This document shows, one piece after another, positions 40,913 through 51,537 of a stretch of 64,000 nucleotides of DNA. The notes beneath the pieces are model-generated. The model searched no databases, had not been told where the DNA came from, and saw only the letters and a program-made list of their open reading frames with translations. Source of the stretch: Squalus acanthias (lineage: Eukaryota); contig CM059432.1 in assembly GCA_030390025.1 (NCBI GenBank), positions 123,878,001-123,942,000 of the forward strand, given 5' to 3'. A program made the position numbers and the translations under genes. The first letter of the stretch is position 1. Each line of letters starts with the position of its first letter.

Positions 40913-43264
40913 TTACGCGGTGCTTTCTTCGTGCACGCGCACGTAACGCTCTCGCCACTCTCCCGTGTTTTCGTTCTTGGGGAGGCGTTTGCCTCTCTTA
41001 CAATGCACGACCAATAAGTATATCACAATAAACACTTGGCATACAACTAAAATGTGGGAGGCTATTCTAATCCAGGAAGGCACTTCAATGTTGGTGAACA
41101 GATCCCACCACGGTGGAATTACTATGTCTAGAATTTCTGTCCCTATCTCGACAGTCTTTTGTTCTAGGGTGTAAAAATGTTTTTGCGATACCGCGACGGC
41201 TTTCAAAAGCTTGGTGAGGTGTTCAGGGAGAGGGGGAATGATGTATCCGAAATGCGCGACGAATCGCTGCAAGTCTGTGAAATTTTCTTTTACTGTTAGA
41301 TGAACAGTGGATGGTTCCGGGATCGGGACAATTCGCTGCTGTGCCACTTGAACTTCAGCCCTGGGTTTAAAACAGAAACTGCTGTCACTCACCGGACACC
41401 GGCTGCGGTTTCCATGCTGGTAGTGTTGCGCTGCAGTGGTAACGCAATATGTTCCACCCCCTATGTATGCCACCTGTGGAGGCACATGATCTTGTGCCAT
41501 TGCCTCCATGGTTCAATTCATGGGCTTGGCGCCAGCCGTTCTGAACCCGCACTGTGGTGTTAAAAAGGCATTCAAGTGCTGGGGACACAGGATTATGTGT
41601 GCTCCCCGGCTACGACAACCAGAGAGATCTGTACCTGTCATCGTTTGCTCCCAGCGGATGACGTAAGGTGGAACCGCTGCATAGCGAATGTGGGCTCCCC
41701 CCTGAATGACACCAATGTTCTCTACCCGATACACCGGGGCGGGCTTTGCTGTGTCGCCCAAAACCGGCATACGTAAAACTACACCCATAATGGTGTGGTT
41801 TGATCGTCCGCAGTCCACGGGGACTGGGTATGCTTCTGAAGCTAGCCTGAGCTGGCACGGACTTAATGCGTTCTGAAAAGGGTGGAGCGCCTGCAGGTGT
41901 TTGTTACTTATCCAGGACGGGACCAAACCTTGTTTTAAATCCTCCAAATTACTGCGGCCCTCGCCCAGTAACCACGCCCCGTATAGTACGCACACCTCGT
42001 TCTGCGCAGCCTGATCGGACGCATTCCGATCTTCCCTGACCAGGGCATTTACTGTACGCGCATGTTTCTCCAGCTCTGCTATAATCTCTTTTAAATGGAG
42101 AGTCATGGCCTGGTCCTCATGTAACCCAGACCCAACCACCTTATTTTCGTCCGTAAGAATGTTCTTCAATTGTGTTTTTAAGCCATTAATCTGGGTCTGC
42201 AGCTCCACGCTGTCTAGAGCGTTGACCACAGATGTACCTGTATTGAAAGCAGTGAACATGTCGTTCACAACACCCCTCCTTTGTCTCCCCACCTGACCCA
42301 AAACTTCATGTGGTGCGGTGTACAAACTTGTTTTATCAATTTCCGCGAAATCGAACTCATAAAATTGCCTAAACATCTTGGTCAACAGGACCTGATATAA
42401 CTGTTCCGTCTCTTTGGGGCACCACTCCGGCAAACGCACCTCGGTGAGGTTTAAAATCACCGAGGCCACCGCATAATGTACCCCCTGAAATAGTAGCTGG
42501 TCTGTAGGGACCAGTACCAAACCATTCCCGGGTCCCTTACTGGTTTTTGGGCACCCTTCTTCCTCAGCTAGAACCACCGGAATTGTGGGCGGGGCCTTGC
42601 GTGGGCGCGTAATGAGTTCAGTGGCATTTACCGGGATCGGAGAGTATGGAGCCCCGCACCCCCTGGTGCTTGCATCCCACCTCATCCCTTTCCCATTATC
42701 CTGCCACTGATTGATGAAAAATATGGAGATGCCTTTGGGGCAAACGTGCTTTGACCCCCACATACATACATAAATTCCCTCATCCGGTTCCCACCATTTG
42801 TCCCAACTGACTTTCAATTGTCCGTTAGTCCCCGTAATTGTCCGATGGGTATTATTACCCAGTCGCTCCCACTCGACCGAAGAGTTCCTCACGGTTTTGC
42901 TCAGCTTTCGTAGCCACCACCATCGGCTCAATGGGACATTCCCATTACAAGTCAAACAAATCCGTTTGCCGACGGTGACGCTGACTCTGGGTGCGATGAT
43001 CCTCAGTTTGGGGCACATTAAAGAAGTCTCTTTGTAGGCAAATCCCGATGTACTGGAGTATTCAGTTGAATTCGTTCCCAGCCATCCTGGCCACCTTCCC
43101 TTGTGGAAATAAGTGGCGGTCTCCTCAGCCTCTCGCCTTCCGGTCCCATCCACCGCGATGGGGGCCGTGTCCCCGGAGCATCCAAACACCACGACATCCT
43201 TGGTGCGGCCTCGATAGGCCAATCCACATCCAAATGCCGCGAGCACTACCAGAATTCTTTCCAT
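40913..43264 (-). pseudogene. env: Envelope glycoprotein (signal peptide, Ig-like domain, furin site, class I fusion module, TM); one in-frame TGA at 41513-41515
   Basis: MERILVVLAAFGCGLA signal; RQRR/GVVNDMFTAFNTGTSVVNAL followed by heptads; Cys-rich region; TM IASHILVVCQVFIVIYLLVV and a basic tail. The two track ORFs are in the same frame. Confidence 0.85.
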
Positions 43265-43525
43265 CCTTCCTTGGTTCCTGTGATCAGATAGAATGAGGTA
43301 GCCAGCCTCCCAAGAGTCTCTGGCTTTTGTGAAGGGTGAGCGGGTCCCCTGACCTCGCCTCACGTAAGAAGACATGTGCACTGGATAGGTCTTTTGACTA
43401 AACCTAATCTAAACTCCCATCATTTGTCTTTTACTTATCAAAATTTTAACTATCAAACTTATAAACTTATAACTTATCACTTATCTTGTAACTGTACAGC
43501 GCCGCCCGTTCCCAGGGCGGCCTAC

Positions 43526-44269
43526 TCAAAGTCTGTGAAGGCGGCCACAAGCTTTTCCCAACGGTGGGAGGGCACTGACCCCTTCCTTTGATCTGCCGCA
43601 GCCTGTCGCTGCTGCGCTGGGACTGGGCTCTCCCTGGGCTGCCTTAGCCTTGAACCTACGCCTTGGGACACTCTGGGGGCTTATCCATATCTTCCTGGGC
43701 TGGGGTTTCCGACTTGACCTACGGGGAACTACCGGGGGCAGGAACTCCAGGACCGACGGACCGGGTTTTGAGACTTCCACCGTGGCGACCTGTGGTCCCA
43801 CCACAGTCGCTGGCTCCGCCTCCCCTGACTCCGCCTCCCTGAACTCTGGATCTGCAGCCTTTGGCATCGCCCTACTTGGACCAGTAGGCGGCCCTTCACT
43901 CGCAGTCCCTACCTCCCTCGAGGGCAAGACTTCCAAGGCGGACGGACTGGGTTCTGAGGCTTCCATTGCCACATCCTGTGGTCCCACCACAGCCGCTGGC
44001 CCCGCCTCCCCTAGCTCCGCCCCCCTGATTTCGGGACCTGCAGCTTCTGTCTCCACCCTGTGTGGATCTCCATCTGCAGTCCCTATCTTCCCTATACCTG
44101 AATCGGGGGCGACCCTTTCGTCCTCCGATTCCAGCTCCTCTTCACTTGTGTCACTATCTTGGTCGAGCTCCTCGAACTCTTCCTCATCTGACTCCCAACC
44201 CCAATAAAGGATCCAACATTTTGCTAGGATGTCCTCTCCCCTGATGCAGGCTGCTTTGCCTGCCTGTGT
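43526..44269 (-). CDS. Acidic, low-complexity open frame between integrase and env (accessory protein or frameshifted IN tail)
   Basis: Stop-free ~247 codons: WESDEEEFEELDQDSDTSEEELESED, two ~37-aa repeats and a basic RRSSRKPQPRK segment; no early AUG. Confidence 0.5.
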   Translation of the reverse strand, partial: TQAGKAACIRGEDILAKCWILYWGWESDEEEFEELDQDSDTSEEELESEDERVAPDSGIGKIGTADGDPHRVETEAAGPEIRGAELGEAGPAAVVGPQDVAMEASEPSPSALEVLPSREVGTASEGPPTGPSRAMPKAADPEFREAESGEAEPATVVGPQVATVEVSKPGPSVLEFLPPVVPRRSSRKPQPRKIWISPQSVPRRRFKAKAAQGEPSPSAAATGCGRSKEGVSALPPLGKACGRLHRL

Positions 44270-47200
44270 TCACTGTGGCCCAACCCGGGGCTGCGAGTCC
44301 CCACTCGCAGGTTTGGCCCCTGTGGTTGGCCCTTGTGCACCCGCTTATACAGTTTGCACTGATTTACGTGAAACCACTTAGTGCGCCGAGGTACCTTTAC
44401 GGCGTATACCATGGGACTCGCCTTATCTACAATGCTGTAGGGTCCCATATACAGTGGTTCCAGACTCCCTACTCTGGCATAGTTTCTGACCATGACCTGG
44501 TCTCCTACTTCCCACTCCCGCTTCTTGCGGGGTTCCAGCAACAGGCGATTGCCCTGATGCTGCCTTCCCATGTTCCCAGCCGCCTGCTCATAAACCTGCT
44601 TCAGGCGCTCCAAGAGGGTCTGGACGAACTTGTCCCTGCTTACCTCTTGGAGCTGACCCTCAGTGAGCACCGGCGCTAGCACATGGGTGGGGGTTCGCAT
44701 GATCCTCCCAGTCATCACCTCGTGCGGGGAATACCCCGTACTTTTCGACTGACTGGCCCGGACCCCCATGAGGACTAAAGGCAGAACCTCCGCCAATTTT
44801 TGGGGCGAGTTCATAGTCTCTTTCCTCAATTTCTCCTTCAGGGTCCGGTTCATGCGTTCAACAATCCCGGATGATTGGGGATTGTGCGCTACGTGCCATT
44901 TCCCTTCAATGCCCAAAAGCATGAGGGTGTTCTGCATCACCTGGCCGGTGAAATGACTCCCTTGGTCTGACTCCACAAAACGGGGGAGTCCCCACCGCGA
45001 GAACACTTCCCGGACCAAGATTTTTGCAGTACCCAGTGCCGTAGCTGTTCTACAGGGGAAGGCTTCCACCCATTTGGAAAACACATCCACCAAAACGAGG
45101 CAGTATTTATAGCCTCCCTGGGTGGTGGGCAGGGGCCCTATATAGTCGATCTGTATCGACTGCCATGGTCCCTCCACCCTCCTGATGTGCCCCATGGGCA
45201 CTTTCCTTTTCTGGGGGTCTGGGTTGTTTGCCGCGCACACAAGACAGCTTGCACAGAACTCGCGGACCTGCTCCCTGAGTCCCGGCCACCATCCCGCCTG
45301 CTCTACCCGTTGCCAGGTAACCTCGGGCCCGGGGTGCCCTGCCCCCGGCCCTTTCATGAGCCAACTGGAGGAATTCCCTCCTGTGCTGCTGCGGCACAAC
45401 CCACTGCTCCTCGCGGAACAGCATGCCTTCCTTAACGGAGAGGGTTGCCGTACTGTACGGACCCTCTACCTGCTTGCCCTCAGCAATGGTTCTGAGAACT
45501 GCTTTTAGGGCGGGATCCTGGTTCTGGACGGTCTTAAGGTCTAGGGGCAATGCTACCCTGGTGTTCCCGGGATTCCCGTCCCTGCCCTGGATCACTGCCA
45601 AGGGTCCGGGCCCATAGGGGTCTCAGAAAATGCCGTTACGGGCACCCTCCCTGGCTAACGCATCCGCCTGCTGGTTGCCCTCCCCACGGGGCTCTGTGGA
45701 GGAGTGAGCCTTCACCTTATGGATGAAAATCTCCCCTTCCTCCCCTACTGCTGCTAGGATCTTTTCCAGCAAGGGCTTCACCGTTAAAGGTCGCCCGTCC
45801 GCGGAGGTGTATCCACGGCGGGACCAAATGGCCAGGTATTCCGTACACGAATTGCATGTGAACATACTGTCCGAGCAAATCGTGTATGGGGTTGGGAAAG
45901 TTTCTGGGTGGGTAACGACGTACGCCACCGCAGACAGCTCAGCTTGCTGCGCGCTCATGGTGCTAGGGAGCTTAATCGCCAGGGCAAGGTTTGCCGCAGG
46001 GTCATAAACTCCACACCCTGTGAGTCGTTCGCCAGCGGACACTGTGCTGGAACCATCAACATAAATCTCGCGCCCTGTGGGATGTATCCCGGCCTGCAAA
46101 CCTATGTTGACTTCCCACACCCCTTCCACCGAACACTGGTGGGCTGTACCGGGGTATACCAAATTGGCCGCAAGCCTGGGCTCGCAAAGACCTTTAATTC
46201 TAAGATCCATCTGGGAAAGGAGAAGGGTCCAGTGCGCAATTCGAGCGCTGCTTACGGTCCCATCCTCAATCCTCCCATCTAGAAGCATCTTAGTTGGTGT
46301 GTGATGGGTGAGGAGAGTGATGGGAGAGAGCCCTGTGAAGATCGCTGATCTTTTCACAGCCCAATGCGTGGCTAAAAGATGCCTTTCGCAATTGGAGAAA
46401 CTCCTCTCCACATCCGTTAACACCCTGGACGAATAGACAACCGGCCTCAGCTTGCCGTGGCGCTCTTGGAGCAGCACAGCGCTCAAGCTGTCTCCGCTGG
46501 CAGCTACCTCCAGGAAAAATTCCTTCCCCCCATCTATGGCCCCTAAAGCTGGCGCGGTCTGCAAATCCCTTTTTAACTTCTCGAAGGCTGCCTGGCAGCC
46601 CTCGTCCCAAGACCACTCCACTCCCTTATGGAGGAGTCGGAGCAGCGGCGCTGCTGTAGCCGCATAGTCTTCGATAAAATCTCTGCAGTAACCGGTCAGT
46701 CCCAAAAAGGACCTCACACCCCTTATGGTGTTGGGAATCGGTAACTCTTGCATCGACTCCCTCCTAGCCTTATCTATGGCTCTTTCCCCAGCGCGAATGG
46801 TCAGCCCCAGGAATTTTACTTCCTGCTGACCGATACGTGCTTTCTTAGGGTTCCCTTTAAAACCCTTTCTCGCTAGCAGCTCCAATAACTCGGCCAGCAG
46901 TGGTCCATGCTCCTCCCTTGAGTCCGTAAATAGGAGCAAATCATCCACGTACTGCACTATCTGATTGGGCTGACTAAACTCCTTTAAACTTCCTGCCATA
47001 CACTGATAGAAAATACTGGGGCTGTTGTGGAAACCCTGTGGCAAACAGTTCCATGTGTACTGTTGTCCTTTGAAAGTAAAGGCAAACTTGTACTGGTCCT
47101 CTCGCCGCAGCGGGATGGACCAAAAACCGTTCGAGATATCCAGCACCGTGAACGTGGTCGCGGACGCTGGGATACTCCCTATTAAGTCAGCAACTGCTGC

Positions 47201-48016
47201 TACCGTGGGCACGCAGGCGGGGATGTTACTATTGAGGACTCTGTAGTCCACCGTGGCCCTCCACGAATTATCCGGCTTCCCAACCAGCCATAATGGGGAG
47301 TTCACGTGTGTGGCTATCGGCCTCAACACGCCCTGCTGCACCAAGGAGGACATTGCTGTCTCCATATCGGGTTCTGCTTCTTTGGGGAAGTTATACTGCT
47401 TTTGGGGCCGGGTCATGGGGTCCCCATCTACGCTGACCTCAAACCCGGTAACCCTCCCACAATCGTGTTTGTGGGTTGCAAACGCGTGCATATTATCTGA
47501 CACGTACGTCTGCATGTCCGTTGGGACATCCGCGACCATAAGCCCGAGGTCGTAGCCTCCGGATGGCTTCATGGTACACAGGGCCCCTTTACCTTCCTTC
47601 CCCGGGATTACCACTACCTTGCCTTTTCCACCCTTAGCTCCCCAGAGACAGTGATTCCTAAGGTCCACGAGGATCCCGTGCTCCGATAGGAGATCTGATC
47701 CGAGGATGCCTCTCCCACCCCCCTCTTGCCATTTCATCAGTATGCACTTCCACGTGGTGTGGAGTGCTCCTAAATGAATGGAGAGCGGAATGGAGAACGC
47801 GCCAGCCTGCTCTTTCCCTGTGAACCCCGCTAATGTGTATGGGACCGTGGTAGATAGCGGTGAGTCAAAGGGGCTATCCGTATGAATCACGGTGCATGAA
47901 GCTCCCGTGTCCAACAAATAACTACCCTTCTGCTTCTCTACCTCCATCTCCACCAGGGGTCGCTTCCACGCATCATAGCTGAGCGGACACAGGTAGACGG
48001 GCTGTGCGGGCTCTAG
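44224..48016 (-). pseudogene. pol: Pol: protease, RT, degenerate RNase H tether, RNase H, integrase; TGA at 45623-45625 and a frameshift near 45352
   Basis: LLDTGAS; LPQGFHNSP and YVDD; EVAAS tether; YVDGSS/AELSAV/SDS/HKVKAH/NQQAD; HHCC, IDYIGP, SDQG, ERMN and GPY. Confidence 0.93.
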
Positions 48017-51000
48017 TCATTGGGTACTGTTGGACGGGGCTGCGGCATCTGCGGGGCCGGTAGCGACTGTAAGGGATTGCTGACCCTGCGTGTCTCGCAG
48101 CCTGTGAGATTCACGCGGCTCTGTGCAGCCTGTATGTCAGTGCGGGTCTAGGCCTGGTTGCCTGTTCTGGTCTCCAGCCAGTCTGGGAACACTAGACACA
48201 CCTGTGAGTGGTTCGAATCACTCTCCCTTACGGTTCTAGACACTGGACTTAGATGCGAGAGCAGTAATGGAGATAAAACTCATGTAGACTTGGTTTGAAT
48301 GGTACGAAATGGAAAAATCTTTATTGCATGATACTTAAAATTATGAAATACATGTCATACGCACAGATTAATGACAGTACAATCTTACAAACGGTTATAG
48401 TCAATCTTAGGGAAACGAGGAACGAACGGCACAACGTAAATAGGGCACACATTACAAATATCCTTAATCTTTAAACCCTCCCCTATCAATATCTATCCTA
48501 AACTAGCTTCGTAGGATCTCGAGACTCATGCTCACCACTCGTAATAACTCGGAGAAATTCCGAATAGCTGATCGGATGTTTTTCACCGCAGCTCTCACGT
48601 GTCGGTCAGGAGATCTCCTGGTCCCACTTGTTTACTTGCTTCTGCTGCTCCGGCTAGTAGGCTGGACCGTCCGCTGTGGTGAAGACCTCTGTTGGTGGGC
48701 TTCACAGTTTAATCTTGGAGCACCGTTGTCAATATCATTGATACGATATGTTTGCACGTTCCAGTTATCATTGATGCGATATGTTTTGTTAGAAGTTTAA
48801 AGAAGAAAACTTCCTGGCGAGAAAACTTGGCTGATCGACCTATAGGCGCGGTCGGGATTTACTGACCGTGGCGATGGATATGGTCTTCTTCTCTTCTCCT
48901 CTCATCTCATCTCATCTCGGGCCTTTGGTTCCGCTGCCAGTTACCAACACAGGTCTTCGTTACGCGACACGAGGTAGATCCGAACGGATCAGAAAGTTCA
49001 ACAGTCTTTTCAGAAGAGGCAACAGGCACGCAGAAGCCCAACTACGAGTACACAGGAGCAGCCACGAGGTTATGAATCGACCGGATAAAACACAGGAGCA
49101 GCCACGATGATAAAAGCAGCAAGCGAGCAAGAGAGAGAATGGACGGTTTGGGGCCTGCAATTATAGTGCAAAAATCTTCCGTTTCCCGCCCAACTATAAT
49201 GTCCATTCTTTTGTTTAGGGTTTGGCGCCCAAATGTCTTGTATGGGTGATCTCCGTCCTTAATGGGTTTCGGGGCTACTCATGAATGTTTGAGTACCTGT
49301 TAATATTTCTCCCATTGTTAAATCGGTCGGTGTTCTCCCTGGAGGGGTTTGGGGCTTCCAAGTGTCCTGTATAACTACCTGCTAACGGCTCTCTCATCGT
49401 AGAGTCGTTGGGAGTTTACATATTAATGTCCTTTGGATGGGCCCTTAAGTACTCGGTACAATGGCTTTCCTTTGTACCTGGGAGACCGATTCCAGTATCT
49501 ATGTTTATACTGCAAACCCATAATGTCTCGTGTATTATCTTCACTGTGCTGAATCGTTATCGATCTTGCAAAAATGTTTAATGGAACGCCATCTTGTAAA
49601 AGTCTAGAATGTTCTGTCACGAGGTGCGGCGGCCATTTTACAGGCTGCTTGTGTCCAATTTAAACCTGCCAGCATTCTGCTGAAATAAAAGCTGTTTGAA
49701 CGAAACTTTGTGTTTTCTCCTTATTAATCAAATCGCGATATATTGCGAATTCTACACGACTGCCACCCTTCCTTGCGAAATCATGAGGGTGCGCATGGCT
49801 CCCAACATTGATTCGATCACATCGGCATGGATAGGCACACCAGCTCCCCTATCAGAGACAGGCGCCTGGGCTCGGACTGCGGGATTTTTATCCCTGGACT
49901 CCTTCCAAGGGTTCCTGCAGTTCTTGCGCCAGTGCCCTGTCTTTCCGCATCCGAAACAAGCATTACTGGCCTGTGGGACGCGATTTCCCTCCTGATGCCA
50001 CTCCTTTTGAGCCGGGGCTGTGGGCCGCGCCTCATGCACCTTTCCCTTAAGGGGACGTGCTCCCGTACTCCTGGTATTACGGTACCCTACCGTGAGTCGA
50101 TTTAGGACCGACTCCTCTGTTGTGACGGGGTTAGTGGGATCAAACCACGCTTTGGCCTGCTCCCTCACGGCTGGCAAGCTGTTGGCTACTAAACACCTGA
50201 GCCAATGAGCTAAACTGACACCGTCCAGATCGTCGCGCGCTGGCGCACCTGGGCAGCTACGCTGATAGACAGGCCACAGCCTGTCGGCGAAAACCTTCGG
50301 GGGTTCTCCCTCCATCTGCATAGTCTGTCCCAATCTCACAAACGGACCTTCATCGTCCTACCCCAACACCTCTAGGACCTCATCTCTTAACTCCTCATAG
50401 GTCCTATTACCCCTTTTGCTCGTGTTTGAGAGACACTGGAGGATCGAGCTGTCTGAGGAGAACAGCAGCATTTTTGCCCTTTCCCCATCGTCGCAGCCGT
50501 TAATGGCTGCAGTCTGCTCTACCTCCCTGAAATGTACGGAAGGGTCGTCTGACTCGGACAGCTTCCGTACGTGGCTGATCATAGCCCTCAGCTGGTGTGC
50601 GCTGTGAGGCAACACAAGCTGGTTGAGGAGATTCCCCTCTTCCCCACCGTCTCCATTCGGGCCCCACTTAATACCCGTAAGCGGGCACAACGGTCCCGGC
50701 TTCACTACTACTTCAGGGGGCTGTACTACCTCGGGGACCTCTTCCTCTACTTCGACCACTTCCTCCCTTACCCAGGTTGCCGAATAGCTGGGTGGCGCGG
50801 AGGGCACAGTGGCAAATACCTCCTCTGCTTTGTTCGGTAGGGATTTTTGAAATTCCCCACCCACCGGTGGCTGGTGTGCTGACGGGCTGATAAGGCACAC
50901 CATGCCGTGCGCTTTATTCAGGGCCTCTTTAAGGTTCCCTATCTCTCTTTGGCAGACGCTGTGATCGGCCCCCTCATGTTTATCCTCGAGGGCCATCTTA

Positions 51001-51479
51001 TATGCTGCCCTAACCCCCTTTAAGCTCTCTTCCTGGGCTTTTATTTGAGCAGCTAGGCGGGCACATCGTTCCCTTATTCTGCCCTCATTTAACTTTGCCT
51101 CAGTGACCTGGCACTCGAGGTAATCTATTTTCGCCTCATGGTGGTTGGCGACTAACTGGCGTTCCTGATGCAACGCATTTAAAGACGCGATGAGCTGCTG
51201 CCCCCCCGCGACCTTCTCGTCCATTTCCACCTCTAAACCCTTGATCTGAGCTGCCTGCGCTATGATGACCTGGTCCGAAAGCTGGACTTGTCTTTTATAG
51301 CACATCAGCCAGACCACTTTCTCTACAGATTTTTTATGTTCCTTGCTACCTGTCCACCTCACGGCTGCCTCTAGAGGACGCTTATCCACCAGCAGGTCAC
51401 TTATCCATCTCTTAGTCAAATTCACTTTTCCAAAAACATAATCGGCTATTCTCTCTTCCATAACATTTCGCCCATTCAT
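48017..51479 (-). pseudogene. gag: Gag (coiled-coil N-terminus, capsid-like core, one CCHC knuckle); in-frame TAG at 50358-50360; split by a solo LTR
   Basis: The 50358-51494 and 49752-50339 ORFs share a frame; CFGCGKTGHWRKNC; the frame continues at 48063-48017 after removing the solo LTR. Confidence 0.85.
48068..49756 (-). mobile_element. Solo LTR of a sister family (1689 bp) nested in gag
   Basis: TGTAAGGG...TTCTACA ends, CGAC TSD (48064-48067, 49757-49760); homologous to but diverged from the proviral LTRs. Confidence 0.92.
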
Positions 51480-51514
51480 ACCAGGGTCTAACACATTATT
51501 TTCTCGCTGCCAGT

Positions 51515-51532
51515 GTCCCTTCGTGGTCGAAA
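51515..51532 (-). other. Primer binding site, tRNA-Arg(TCG)-like
   Basis: Plus strand GTCCCTTCGTGGTCG equals the 3' end of vertebrate tRNA-Arg-TCG as recalled; 5 nt from the LTR; TTT replaces TGG. Confidence 0.7.
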
Positions 51533-51537
51533 TTATC

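Noticed and set aside
50358..50360. In-frame TAG in gag as a second readthrough site
   Set aside because: It falls within the capsid-like region with no known leaky context; a nonsense mutation is more likely.
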